A DNA stretch of 64,000 nucleotides. Origin: Lama glama (taxonomy: Eukaryota). The number at the start of each line of letters is the position of its first letter. Position 1 is the first letter of the stretch. The position numbers and the translations under genes are program-made. The notes beneath the pieces are model-generated. The model did not search any database. It was not told where the DNA came from and saw only the letters and a program-made list of their open reading frames with translations. This document shows, one piece after another, positions 28,473 to 41,157 of this stretch. The stretch covers positions 103,108,001 through 103,172,000 of the forward strand of contig CM052817.1 of the NCBI GenBank assembly GCA_028534125.1. The letters run 5' to 3'.

Positions 28473-28981
28473 TGTTATCGAACCAAACTTGGGTCTGCTC
28501 ACCCATGCACAGTACAGTCAATCTACTGACACCGGGTTGTGGGGAAGGAGAGAGCAGTATTTATTCTGAAGATGCCAAAACAAGGAGGAGGGGTGGCTTG
28601 TGCGCTAAAACTCGAAAGTCCTCAAATGGGTTCAGCAAAGTATTTTTAAAGGCCAGAAAGGAGTGGAGGGCACGCACAGGGTATGTGATCAGCTGGTGCA
28701 CAATTCTCTGATCTGTTGATGGTGAGGTAACAGAGTGGTGTCACGGTGGTTAGCATCGCCAATCCTTAAGTGCCGGTAGGTCTGGCGGGCTCGTGATCAT
28801 CAGGTAGTTAACTTCTTCCATCTGGGAGTGGCTTTCCCACCTGCAAAACAACTCAGGAAGTGTCCATCAGATATGATTATCCAAGCACTTCAGAGAGGAG
28901 CTGCAGCAGAAGATATGGGGTTGTGGGGGGGGGGGCGGGCATCTGTCGGGGGAAGGCCCCACAGGGTCCTGCTCAGTTGCA
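28473..28981 (-). mobile_element. Solo ERV LTR (different family, 509 bp)
   Basis: TG...CA termini (tgttatcgaacc...ctcagttgca), 4-bp TSD GTAA/GTAG with one mismatch, tttatt near the left end implying minus orientation. Confidence 0.8.
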
Positions 28982-29171
28982 GTAGGTATGTGCTTGGGCC
29001 TGGCCTGGGAGCTGACTCTCACTTACCCTGATGTAGCAGCTCAGCAGGTAGGACCCAGAGCCATTTCCTGAAGTTCTCTGTCACAAAAATTCTTCCCTCA
29101 CTTTCCTCACTCTGGGTTTGGGGTCTCTACTTTGATTCCCACTGTTGCTACCCCAAGACAAGTGGTCATCA

Positions 29172-29565
29172 TGTTAGAGCAGGCAGATAGCTAGATGTGA
29201 GCAGAGAAAGGGGGACACCGGCCAAATGGAAGGAATTGGGCAAAAAAGGAGGGGCACAGGCCAAATGCAGGAAACCACACACCATGTAATTACAGGGGTC
29301 CCTGGGCAGAGAAGGAAAAGCAGGAACTCTGGGCAGATAAGTGATCACACATTTTAGGGTAACAAGAAGCCTGGAGGCTGACAAATGTGGGAAAAAGGAG
29401 CTATCGCCAGCACACAGATATAACCAATTGTTTATTATGCCCTCATTTCAATAAAATTAGCCTTGCAGATCAGAAGTACCCATCATGCACCGACACCATG
29501 ACACTTATGATCCAGACTAAATAAGGACAAAAATCCCTTCTCCCTTCAGGAAGGTGGAGTTGGTA
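29172..29565 (+). mobile_element. Truncated ERV LTR (5' part)
   Basis: Starts tgttagagcaggcagatagctagatgtgag; purine-rich U3-like sequence cut off by an L1 fragment. Confidence 0.6.
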
Positions 29566-30580
29566 TTTCCTCTTTACTCTTTTCTTTTTCTTTTTGTGGT
29601 CTGATAATTTTCTTTTGTACTATCTTGGTTTCTTTTTGGGTTTTGTGACTCTGTTGTATGCTTTGATTTGTGGTTACTCTGTTTTTCAAGTATATTACCC
29701 ACCACTATATCCGTTTGCTTTAAACTGATAGTCATATAAGCTCAAATACATCCTAAAAAGAACAAAAAGAAAAAGAAAAGAAAATCTATTATATTTTCTT
29801 GCTCCCCTCTCCCACCTTTAATGATTTTGAACTCCTCTTTACATCTTCATGTTTATTCTCTTGCAACTCATTGTGGTTATTGCCTTTCCAATTATGGTTT
29901 TCTCCTTTCTATAGAGTCCTGGCTTCTTTTCTATTTAGAGTAGACCTTTCAGTAGTTCTTTTAGCATAGGTTTAATATTGCTGGATTCTTTAGTTTTTGC
30001 TTGTCTGTGAAATTCTTTCTCCCTCCTATTCTAAAGGATAGTCTTGCCAGATAGAGTATCCTAGGTTGCAACTTTCTCTCATTCAGGACTTGGAATATAA
30101 CTTGCCACTCCCTTCTGGCCAGCAGTGTTTGTGCTGAGAAATCAGCTGAAAGTCTATGGGGGTCCCCTTGAAATTAACTCTTTGTTTTTCTCTTGCTGAC
30201 TGTAGAATAATTTCTTTATCTTTAACCTTGGCCATATTAATTACAATATGTCTTGGGGTAGGTCTATTTGGGTTCTTCTTGTTTGGGACCCTCTGTGCTT
30301 CCTGTACTTGGATATCTGATTTCTTCTTTAGGTTTGGGAAGTTTTTAGTCATGATTTCTTCAAATATCTTTTCAATGCCCTTTTCTTTTCTTCTCCTTCT
30401 GGGACCCCTATTATGTATAGGTTGGCACATTTTATATTATCCCATAGGACCCTTACATTGCTTTCATTGGTTTTCATTTGCTTTTCTGTCTGCTGTTCTG
30501 ATTGGGTGATTTCTGTTATCCTGTCTTCTAAATCATTTATTCTTTCTTTGGCATTATCTAGTCTGCCTTTGACTGCCTTT
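29566..30580 (-). mobile_element. LINE-1 ORF1 and inter-ORF fragment
   Basis: ORF 30083-30430 (-) gives L1 ORF1p RRM/CTD sequence (KIFEEIMTKNFPNL...QVQEAQRVPNKKNPNRPTPRHIVINMAKVKDKE). Confidence 0.9.
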
Positions 30581-30930
30581 CACTGATTGATTTCCCTCAT
30601 GGTTGAACCCTGCATCCAAAGTGATTAATACTTTGTACCCATCACCTCCACCCTATATCTCATGGTTGGTCTCTTTGGTGTAGCCAATTGACACCTGAGG
30701 ATGTCAGGTGTGGTCAGCCCCTATGCTATCTGAAGACATTCTATCAGGTATGGCATAGATTACCTCCCAGAAGTCCAGGGCAAAGGCCAGCACTCTCTTT
30801 GGGCAAGTCTGAATTCATTCTTTTTTAAATTGAAGCATAGTCAGTTTACTAATGGTGTGTCAATTTCTGGTGTAATCATGTCTCAGTCATACATATACAT
30901 AGATATTAAGTCTAAATTCTTTACTACACA
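30581..30930. mobile_element. Old LTR remnant (MER21-like end) interrupted by a short L1 tail at ~30820-30907
   Basis: Ends gattacctcccagaagtccagggcaaaggccagcactctctttgggcaag...ttctttactacaca; the insert is flanked by aagtctgaattc / aagtctaaattc. Confidence 0.6.
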
Positions 30931-33282
30931 TTACTAAACATCTCTGAGACTCAGTTTTCTCATCTGTAAAATAAGAAAGGTCATGTCAGCCGTATGATTT
31001 TTAGGCCTTAACTCATAAAAGATGCAACAATTTTCTAGATTAAAAAAAAAAAAAACTCCCACTTCCGAGAATTCTTTGAGATATCTGCTCAGCTGGAGCA
31101 GTTTCTGTGTCTGGTTCAAATACTGTAAATAGCTCCTGCCTCCAAACCCCACATTCCAAAGAGTTTTTTGATAATTCTCATTGCACAATGTCCTCAAGAG
31201 CAGATGCTCTCCATCGTCAGGAGAAACAGTACACTCAGTGGATCGAGCATTAGTAGAAGAGCTTATTCCAGCCCTCATTAGCTGATCCAGGGCCAGCCAT
31301 TTCACTTCTTAAAGCCCTAACTTCCTCATCTAAGAATGGAGATATCATACCTGCCTGGTCTACCTCAGAGGATTGTTGTGAAATAAAATATCTATATAGG
31401 TGAAAATGCCTGTTAAGCAAACTTTACCAAAGGAAATGGTGAAGTCAAGCCCTTGGGTGTTGGAACTTCTAGCCCCCAGGAGACCGGACTTCTGTAAAGT
31501 GTTGCAGGAAGTGACTGATGTGCCAACAGGAAGTATCCTTTAGGTCATGTCCAAATGGAACAGCCTGAGGTTTCTCCTCCACCTCCCCACAGTACTTTTA
31601 AGTGGTCTCCATTTCTTGATTAAGTAGCATTTAAGGTCTTGATGTCTTGATTAAGTAGCATTTAAGATATTTTACTCCTAAACTCTCTCCTTAGTGCTTA
31701 TTCAATCATAAATACTTAATTGGAAGGCAAGGGCTTCAAAGAAATTTTTTAGAATATACAATACTTTGACAGACGAGGGTGATACTACAACCCGTGTAAC
31801 TTTTTGTCCTTTCAGGAATTCTGAGACACCTTTGTTTATGAAACCTGATGCTGGGCTTGGTCACCCTTCCTCACTCCCTGGAGTTCTGGGAGAAATGACC
31901 ACTCCAGCCAGCGGCCAGTGCCCTGAGCTGTCTCCCTTCCTGCACTGGTGAGCTGGCTGGATAGCTCGGAAGGAAGGATTCTCCTTGAGTCTTAATAGGC
32001 AGCTACTGCTTCTATTTCCCCCAGCCCAGTCCAGCACTGCACACCTCCAGAGAGCCAAATGGACATAAGGGGCGAGGGAGGGTGCACTCAAGGCACTGCT
32101 ATCAAACCAAACACTGCACAAGTCAACAAAGCTGCAAAAACTGCACAAGCCCATCGCTCTACCGCAAGACCTATAAATGTCTTCTCTCCTCCTTCCAAAG
32201 TTCCCTTCCCCCACCCCTCCCCACTTCCTTTGAAATTAGGAGAAATGAAGATGGAAGGAACAAAGAAGGTGACTATTTATCATGTGCTGCCTTTTCCAGG
32301 AGCAGGATCGGCATCCTTTCACGCTCACTGGTACTTCTGCTGCAAGGCTCCAGTGAGTGGGCTTAGACCCAGGAGGTCTGTCCATTCACAGAGGGAGAGG
32401 GGATGGAGGCGGAAAGGAGGGAAGGAGCCACTGACACACCTGACCCTTAAGCTCCAACATGCATGAAAAGCTGCTTAATGACACCTAATTTGGCTGTAGC
32501 TGCTGTAGACCAAGCCAGAAATGCAACTTCTTCCCATTTTGATGAACAATTTACAAGCTCTGAATGATTTGACGCCAAAGAGACCAATTGTCCTCACCTA
32601 TGCTCTGCTGCAGCTGAAGCCAAACGAGATCTGTTAGGCTAAAAAGCAACCTACAATGTTCGTGAAAGGGAAGACTGTTGCCCGCCAGGTCCATTTCACC
32701 ACACTCTTGTCAGGAAGACCAAGCAGGAGGAGACTGCATGTCTTCATCCGCCCTGGCCCAGAGCCAGCCTGTCAGAATCTTGATCTGCTCACGGAAGAGG
32801 GAGAAGAAACAGGAATCTGGAACTCATTTTGGGTCTGTAACATTATTTCTAAACAAACTGTCGCAGTGCTGAGTGTTGCAGTGTCAGGGTCTGGCAGAGG
32901 CCAGAGAGCAGACTCCCGCTGGCCCAGAGAAACTGACAGGGCCGGGCCACACTCGGGTCAGCGACAGCAGAGCCCTCACTCCACCCTGGGACCAGGACGA
33001 GGGGAGGGGCCCTGGACACGGCGGACGTGTAGCAAGGGCCACCTGACAGAGGAACACAGCCAGCCCACAGTGTCAGGGGCAGGGAGGCGGCCCAGGGAAT
33101 AAACACATTCCTCCTGCCGACCCATCTCCTGCCGACCTACCAGGGGCATCACCTCCTACAAGCCTAAAGACCAAGAGCTGGTGGACGCAGCCCAGAGCAG
33201 AGTGGGTCTGGAAGGATAAACAAAACTAGTCAGCACAAGTATTCTTGCTAAGTTCTGTATCGCATGGGACTGCACCATGTGC

Positions 33283-34549
33283 TGTGGGTGGAACTGTGTC
33301 CCCAGACAAGATCCATTCAAGTTTAAGCCCTGGTACCTGTGAATGTGATCTTATTCAGAAATAGGATCTTTGTGGCTCTTATCAAGTTATGAGGAGGTCA
33401 TACTGGGTAGGGTGGGCCCTAATCCAGGGATGGTGGTCTTTCTTTTTTAAGTTTATTTTTTATTGAAGTGTAGTTGATTTACAATGTTAGTTTTATATAT
33501 TCAGATTATTTTCTATTATAGCTCATTACAAGGAATTGAATATAGTTCTCTGTGCTATACAGGAGGTCATTGTTGTTTATCTATTTTATATACAGTAGTG
33601 TGTATCTGTTAATCCCAAACTTATGATTTATCCCTTCCTACCCCTTTCCACTTTAATAACCATGGTTTGTTTTCTGTGTCCATGAGTCTATTTCTGGTTT
33701 GTAAATAAAATTTGTATCTTTTTTTAGATTATACATATAAGTGACATCATATGATATTAGTCTTTCTCTTACTTACTTCACTTAATATGATAATCTCTAG
33801 GTCCATCCATGCTGCTGCAAATGGCATTATTTCATTCTTTTTATGGCTGAGTAGTATTCCATTGTATACATATATCACAGCTTCTTTATCCAGTCATCTG
33901 TTGATGGATATTTGGGTTGTTTCCATGTCTTGGCTGTTGTAAACAGTGCTGCTGTGAACATTGGGGTGCACGTGTCTTTTTGAATTGGAGTTTTCTCTGG
34001 ATGTATGCCCAGGAGTGGGACTGCTGGATCATATGGTAACTCTGTTTAGTTTTTTAAGGAATCTCCATACTGTCCTCCATAGTGGCTGCACTAATTTATA
34101 TTCCCACCAGCAGTGTAGGAGGGCTCCCTTCTCTCCATACCCTCTCCAGCATTTATTATTTATAGACTTTTCAACTATGGCCATTCTGACTGGTGCGAAG
34201 TGATACCCCATGGTAGTTTTGATTTGCATTTCTCTGGTAATTAGTGATACTGAGCATCTTTTCATGTGCCTCTCGGCCATCTGGATGTCTTCTTTGGAGA
34301 ACTGTCTATTTAGGCCTTCTGCCTATTTTATGATTGGAGTGCTTGGGGTTTTTTTTATATTAAGCTGTTTGTATATTTTGGAAATTAGTCCCTTACTGGT
34401 CATGTCATTTGCAAATATTTTCTCCCGTTCTGTAGGTTGCAATGACAGGTGTTCTTGTAAGAAGAGGAAAAGTTGGACTCAGACCAGGGATTACACTGTG
34501 CGACTACAGAAGCAGAGACCAGAGTGATGCACCCACAAACCAAGACGTG
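33283..34549 (+). mobile_element. MLT1 (MaLR) LTR split by an L1 insertion and cut by the gap
   Basis: tgtgggtggaactgtgtcccc...gtacctgtgaatgtgatcttattcagaaataggatctttg...gggtagggtgggccctaatcca; resumes at ~34441 with aatgacaggtgttcttgtaagaagagga. Confidence 0.8.
33440..34440 (-). mobile_element. 5'-truncated LINE-1 (ORF2 C-terminus and 3' UTR)
   Basis: ORF 34029-34280 (-) [20 protein letters not shown]...CWRG...[23 protein letters not shown] is the L1 ORF2 Cys-rich C-terminus; T-rich tail at the left. Confidence 0.93.
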
Positions 34550-35049
34550 NNNNNNNNNNNNNNNNNNNNNNNNNNNNNNNNNNNNNNNNNNNNNNNNNNN
34601 NNNNNNNNNNNNNNNNNNNNNNNNNNNNNNNNNNNNNNNNNNNNNNNNNNNNNNNNNNNNNNNNNNNNNNNNNNNNNNNNNNNNNNNNNNNNNNNNNNNN
34701 NNNNNNNNNNNNNNNNNNNNNNNNNNNNNNNNNNNNNNNNNNNNNNNNNNNNNNNNNNNNNNNNNNNNNNNNNNNNNNNNNNNNNNNNNNNNNNNNNNNN
34801 NNNNNNNNNNNNNNNNNNNNNNNNNNNNNNNNNNNNNNNNNNNNNNNNNNNNNNNNNNNNNNNNNNNNNNNNNNNNNNNNNNNNNNNNNNNNNNNNNNNN
34901 NNNNNNNNNNNNNNNNNNNNNNNNNNNNNNNNNNNNNNNNNNNNNNNNNNNNNNNNNNNNNNNNNNNNNNNNNNNNNNNNNNNNNNNNNNNNNNNNNNNN
35001 NNNNNNNNNNNNNNNNNNNNNNNNNNNNNNNNNNNNNNNNNNNNNNNNN
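34550..35049. other. Assembly gap (500 N)
   Basis: Run of N. Confidence 1.
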
Positions 35050-35997
35050 CAATAAGCTTGATCAAGGTGATTCTTCTTTTCTGAACCATTACAGGCTATT
35101 TCAATACCTGCTTAGGTTGCACTGAGGACCCTTGATGCACCCGAGTTTTGCTCTATTTTTAAAAACTCTGATTCTCAGGGAATTTGCAGTGATTTAAATT
35201 ATCACATGAAACTAAAGGTATGTCCCACACTATTCTAGAAACTCAAGTTATGACTGAGTTGATCTACAGGTTGTCTATTAGAAAGAAATAAAGGATGAAG
35301 AATCAGAACATGTGTAAGTACATAGAACGATGTTTGCCAAACAACAGCCACAACAGGAAGTAGCACAGACATAAAGTGTGTCTTCTGTCCAGACTTTCCT
35401 GAGGCAGACACTCCAAACGCCACTCAGTCCCAACCACAGAAGACAACCGTCAGGAGGACTCTGAAAAGTGAAGTTGAGTCATACATTGGGACAGTGATGG
35501 GTTTTTAGTCTCCCATGACACCAAACTGCGGAAAGATTTCAGAGGTTGCATAAATAAAATCTGAATATCAGAGTTCATAGTTCTCTTTCTGCAAGTAAAG
35601 TTTGTCTTTGTTTATGTGAAGAATTGAATATCCAAATGCGAGTTGAGATTAGCTATTCCTTCCATAGTAAGGTCTGATTTTCCCTGTCAGTGAGGAGAGT
35701 AAAGTTCAAATATGTTCATGGTTTCATTAAAATCAACTGTCCAGTCCCCTCCCTTTCTGATTTTTGTTACCTAACACAATTTTTCTTGTCCATAATCCGA
35801 TCTGCTTAACTTACCCTTCAGTTCTCACATCCTCCATGTTCTTGTCTGCCCCAACCTGTAGTTTCAAACCAAATCAAAAAACCTTAATTCAGAGTTTTCA
35901 TTTATGGTAAGTTTATGTGAGGCAACAATGTGACATAACCTCTAAAAAAAGGTCAGTATCATCTTGGAGATGAGAGAAGTACAGTGTTCAGAATGCA

Positions 35998-36067
35998 TCA
36001 CTGTGCTGTACACCAGAAATTGACACAGCATTGGAAACCGACTGTGTATCAATAAAATGTTTAAAAA
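35998..36067 (+). mobile_element. 70-bp L1 3' tail with perfect TSD
   Basis: tcactgtgctgtacaccagaaattgacacagcattggaaaccgactgtgtatcaataaaa..., flanked by agaatgca at 35990-35997 and 36068-36075. Confidence 0.85.
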
Positions 36068-36097
36068 AGAATGCAAGAGGTGCTGGCCTCATTTCAC

Positions 36098-36350
36098 ATT
36101 TTTTTTAATTTGCATTCTTTTTTATTGAAGTATAGTCAGTTTACAACATTGTGTCAATTTCTGGTGTGCCGCATAATGTTTCAGTTGTGTATATACATAC
36201 ATATATTCCTTTTCATATTCTTTTCATGATAGGTTACTACAAGATATTGAATATAGTTCCCTGTGCTATTCAGAAGAAACTTGCTGTTTATCTATTTTAC
36301 ATATAGTAGTTAGTATCTGCAAATCTCAAACTTCTAACTTATCCCTTCTA
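36098..36350 (-). mobile_element. Short L1 3' UTR fragment
   Basis: tttttattgaagtatagtcagtttacaacattgtgtcaatttctggtgt..., the same 3' tail family as 30820, 35998 and 46512. Confidence 0.85.
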
Positions 36351-37289
36351 TCTCACTTTTGAAAAAAAAAGCCACACTTAACATATTAAAGTATTTATGT
36401 CTTTTAAAGGTTTTAGAGATTCAATATACAATATCCACGAATTCAGAACCAGCTGGAAAATAAGACATAGGAAAACAACAGACAGGTTGCACTGTCAGTT
36501 TTATTATTGATAAACTAATTAGAGAAAGTAACTTTAGATCTGTGGACAAAAGAGCCTGCTGTGCCTACAAGCACGCCCTGCACCCCAGTGCACACACTCA
36601 AAGCCTCCCTCAGCTCTCAGGGGAGAGTCCAGAGCTGCCTCTGCCTGGGGCAGGGAAGGGAGGGAAAGGAAAGGCTTACATTCCTTTTATAGATTTGTTC
36701 TACCCAATTGGTGGAACACCTGTCATCTCCTAACAATTAAGTGGCTGGCTTCTCTGTAGGAAGAAGTGAGTGAGTAGTGGACTAGTAGCCAAGAGTCTGA
36801 TTCCAGTAGGGGCCCTTCAACATAGAAACACTGACCAAATGAAAGGAGTTTCCTTCTCAACAGCAGTCAGTTCTAGACTCCTCATCAGATAAAATCAGGG
36901 CATGTTGAGACCATGACCAGGAGAGCTCAGACCTTTGAAACCTTGTATCATACTCGCAAATGGTTGCAGGGCAAGGCTACATGAAATTAACACCTTCCTT
37001 CCAACAGCTGAATGGGTGGCCAATCGGTCTGCATGGCCACCTGGCAGAGACATTCTACTTGCCCCCCTGCCCATTGTTCCCAGCATCCCGTTCAGTTAGG
37101 CGAGGCCACGTGACTAGTCCTGCCCAGTGAATTGTGAGCAAGGCAGACATGTCCCCTGTGGCCTGAGGCCAGTCCGTCCTTGGTTCCTGGGTCTCTCTTT
37201 CCCTGTGCTGCAGTGACCCGGGAGGTCCCATGTTCCAGATGGTGCAGCTTTGCTGGGTGGGGCATCGGTCAACCTAGGTCCTGAGTGAA

Positions 37290-37941
37290 TGAGAGAGAAG
37301 TTCAAGATGGCGAGGCCGTGGCCGGGGGAATGATGAGAGAAGGAAGCGCTTTCCAGAGTGTAGAACCTATTCTGAAGCCAGGAACCGTCTCCATCCCCGG
37401 GAGATGAGGCCTGTGAAATACCCGCTCAGGAAGACGTAAGAATTTCTGCAGACCAGCTGTGGCCGAGCAAGGCCCGTGAGTCCTCCCAGGGTCAGACCCC
37501 TTCCCCATGGCCTCTGCTGTAGCTCCTCCCGGAATCATCCACATAACAGTATCTCATGTGTATTTCCTGAATGTTTCAGATGCTGAAAACCACCACCAAA
37601 AGGAAGAAATGAACAACTTGGTGATGGAGAGCACATGCCCCCCTCCCAGACCTTCTGGCGCCTCAGGGTTGATACTGTTGATCGCTCTGTTCCCTCGACA
37701 TCAACCAGTCAGAAGATTGCGCACAAGCTGATCACATACCCTGCAGAACTGCCCCCCTCACCTCCTGCCTTTATATATGCTTGGTTGAAACCCTTCGGCG
37801 AGTTCAGGGTTTGCTTGGGGCATGAGCCACCCCGTCCTCTTTGCTGGGCCCTGCACTGAACCTTTCTCTGCTCCAAACTCTGATGTTTCAGTTTGTCTGG
37901 TCTCATGGTGCGGCGGGCACAGGAACTTGCCTCCAGTAACA
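37290..37941 (+). mobile_element. ERV LTR inserted into an older MLT1-like LTR (37030-37290 and 37942 onward)
   Basis: Has aagatggcg, TATA-like tttatatat (~37770) and ends ...cttgcctccagtaaca; flanks (cctgagtgaa | cagtgagc) join into MLT1-like sequence. No clear TSD. Confidence 0.6.
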
Positions 37942-38739
37942 CAGTGAGCGCCGTACCCCTCTCATGCTGCAGAGCGCACCATTCCAAAAGGGGTGTTTGC
38001 TGACACTATCTTGACTCTGCTCTGTCATCATGCAGTGGGTGTGGGGGGTTCATACAACCTGTCTTTTTTAGTTCATAAGTCTCTGAAGCAAGAGTGACCA
38101 TATACAGGCCTGATACAGAGGCTATCATGGGATTCCACAAAAATCTCAAGCCTTGATTTGATCTGACTGTAAGCACCCGCTCCTGTGGAGGGGTTAATTA
38201 AAACCTGTATTTGGAAAAAGGAGAGCAAAGGTATGTTGGTGACCTGAAGGGGAGACTACAAATGCCGTGGTCCAGCAAGGCTACATGCCTTGGTCTGGCC
38301 AGTGAGCCGTGGATGGCAGTGACCCCAGGTGTCTGTTCCTGTGACCCAGACGAGAGGCAGAGCAAGCTATGCTGAGAACACAGAGCCACAGGCCTGACAC
38401 ATCCTCCACTCTGCGTCACCGCGTGCAGGACAGCCCCCCTGGAGACTTACATGGGCCTACACACATTCCATGAAATTACTGTTAAGTTAAACCACTGAGA
38501 GTCAGGACCGCTTCTTCCTGAAGCATAGACAAGCTATACTGGCATATAAACCACAAGGAGCAGAATTCAGAAGTTCCTCAGAGCTCAGTCTGGGTCTTGT
38601 TCTCCTTCTAACTCTGTGGGCTCCTCCTAGGGGATGTTATATTCTCCCAGGACTTTAAACACCACCGACATGCAGGAGAGCCGACTCCCAAGCTTGCCCC
38701 AGGCAGTTCTTGGCTTGCACTTGCTGTCCTGGCAAAATT

Positions 38740-39480
38740 AGCTGTGCCCCTTTCATTCTCAAAACTGCCCTGGTTTGGATAATTAAATAATAGAGTGCTT
38801 TACTTGTATGTCAATTACACCCAAATCTCTATTTCCAATGCGAGCCTCTTTTAGAGCTTCGCACACAGACCATGCAACCATAAACTCAGCACCTCCATCT
38901 GTGCATCTCACAAGCATATGCATCTCAAGCTTAACATCTCCAATATTGACATTTTTTCTTCTCACCTTTTCCAATCTGCTGCTTCTTCAAAACACCACAT
39001 GCCATGGACCCATTTGCTCAAGTTAGAAACATGATGTCATCTGTGACACCTGCCTCCCCCTCATCACCCACATCCAGTTTCTCACCAAGAGCTGTCTGTC
39101 AATTCTACCTCTGAAATAAAGCACGACCTCACCAGCCTCTTCTCATCTCTACTGCCACCCCAGCGATAGCTTCCTAACTCGTCCCTACTCTTGCTTCTAC
39201 TCTTGACACAGCAGCAAGAATGACCTTTAAAACTTAAAATTCAATCATGTCCCTTCCTAGCTTAAGACCATTCAGTGATTCTAAAAATAATAAAATCTTA
39301 CATCTTCAATTCTGGCCCATAAGGTCCTGCATGATTTTGTCCCTGTCGACTTCCCTGGTCTTACCTCCCAGCTCCCACATCTCTGATCTACCCATTCTGG
39401 CCTTTCTGTAGTCCTCCAGAGAGCTACGTTCTTTCCTATGCCAATGCCGATGGACGTACCATTCCTTCCACCTGGAGGAC
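38740..39480 (+). mobile_element. L2 LINE remnant
   Basis: catctcaagcttaacatctccaa...cacatccagtttctcaccaagagctg...acacagcagcaagaatgaccttt...ggcccataaggtcctgcatgat. Confidence 0.6.
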
Positions 39481-39946
39481 TGTTAAATGCTCGCCGAAGA
39501 CCACATCCTCCTCACCTACCTAGGGGTGCTACTAGACTACGTTTCCCAGACTCCTCTGCAGTTATTATGGCCCAACGATACAATTCTAGGTGATACGATG
39601 TGAGCAGAAGTAACGTGGCCCATACAGACATCCCCACACGCTCCTCCATGCTCTTTCCTCTTTCCCACCAGCTTAGATGGAGATGCCCAGCAGGCAACTT
39701 GGTGGCAAAATGTACAAGTTGGCAGATCTTCTGTCAGAATGAACCCAAGAATGACTGCGTAGAGAAAAACCATCTCATCTTCCAGCCTTCTGCCCGGTAC
39801 AGGAACCTGAATAAGAAATACACTTCTATTGTGTTTACGCCATTATATAGCCAGGGGTCTGTTCCCACAACAGTGAGCACTATTTTAACAAAAATCTGCA
39901 CCTAGAGAGTTGAGCATTCACACCACCACTACCGTAAATGCGCACA

Positions 39947-39965
39947 AACACACACACACACACAC
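39947..39965. repeat. (CA)n microsatellite
   Basis: About 9 CA units, ~400 bp beyond the CPE poly(A) signal. Confidence 0.85.
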
Positions 39966-40364
39966 TCCCCCTGCGCTCAGGCATTCCGCATTGCTCACAT
40001 GCATGAGAGGCCACCCCTGAGCGCCCTCATCCAGGCTAACGGAAGTTGCTCTGACGCTCTTTCCCTACATATCAGTCCTTCCTGCCATTTACTCATCACA
40101 ATGCATAAGCACATATTCATTTGTGCATAAGTTTATTTAAAGTCTGTGTCCACAACTGATCCCTAAGATCTATGGAATCAGACCCTTCTGTCCACCAAAA
40201 CAGTGCTCAGAGCTTGCACTGTGCTTGGCATGCAGCAGTCACGTAATACATTTCAAAGTACAGAGGATGGACCAGTGAGAGGCCACTGTCAACGGCATGC
40301 TTTTTTTTAAATCACGAGACCACAATTCCAGACCAAAAAAATCACAGAGAATTAAAATACAGAC

Positions 40365-41058
40365 CATGGGGATTTTTTTTTTAACCTTTATTCATTCAGA
40401 ATGCAATTCTGGGACAATCTACCACCAAGAGAAACCCTACACTCTGAAGTAGTGTTAACAGACTGAATAATACCATAGCAGTGCCCCCATATGAACAAGC
40501 AAGAAGTCAATTTCTATTCCCTTCGTAAAACCTCTTGCTAAACATTTACATTTTCTTCCCGTCAAGAATGCAGTAACAAGATCATGCTTATGTAGCTGGT
40601 CAGCACAAGAGACAAATGGCGATTTACACTGGACTAATTAAATCTTGCAATATATTGTGTTCACAACTCAAGCTGTAGCTGTTGACCTTTCCAATGGCAT
40701 TCATTACGTGACACTGTCACCGATTACATTAAAAGGCCTCACTAATTTTTAAAAGCTAGAATTACTTAAAAAGTTCTCTACTGTAAATAACATGTGAAAT
40801 ATTGCATCTAAGCCTAAAATGGCAAAATCACTGAAATCTCTTTATGGTCCTCCGTGTCATGTATGTAGGAAAATGTATGTTATAGACCAAGTTCTTATAT
40901 TTTTACCTAAGAGTCTATTTACGTAATGTCTATTAATATTTAAATGCGTAAAAAATAAATCAATGTTAAATATGAACTGCACAAAATCTAAAAGAAAATG
41001 ACTACATTATATCATACTACATTATATAGAGATTAAAAGCAGCTAATTAGAAGCTTTT
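40365..41058 (-). other. CPE: CPE 3' UTR (3' end approximate)
   Basis: AT-rich non-repetitive sequence between the stop codon and a canonical AATAAA; a U/GU-rich tract follows (minus strand tctgtattttaattctctgtgatttttttgg). Confidence 0.85.
40387..40392 (-). terminator. CPE polyadenylation signal AATAAA
   Basis: tttatt on + (GAATGAATAAAGGTTAAAAAAAAAA on minus), ~670 nt after the stop, with a downstream U/GU-rich element. Confidence 0.85.
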
Positions 41059-41157
41059 TTAAAAATTTAGAGTTTCTGACATCATTTTCCACCATTCCAT
41101 CAATTCTTCCTTCTCCTCTTCTTTCCTTTCAGAAAATGACTCCAGTTCAAAATCGAC
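41059..41157 (-). CDS. CPE: Carboxypeptidase E, coding part of terminal exon 9 (99 nt including TAA)
   Basis: Read manually: [32 protein letters not shown], the CPE-specific amphipathic membrane-anchoring C-terminus. Acceptor ctcctttag|GTC; stop TAA at 41061-41059. Confidence 0.98.
   Translation of the reverse strand, partial: VDFELESFSERKEEEKEELMEWWKMMSETLNF

Noticed and set aside
32059..33102. 135-aa and 148-aa ORFs as a novel gene
   Set aside because: No recognisable domain or splice structure; this length is expected by chance in GC-richer DNA.
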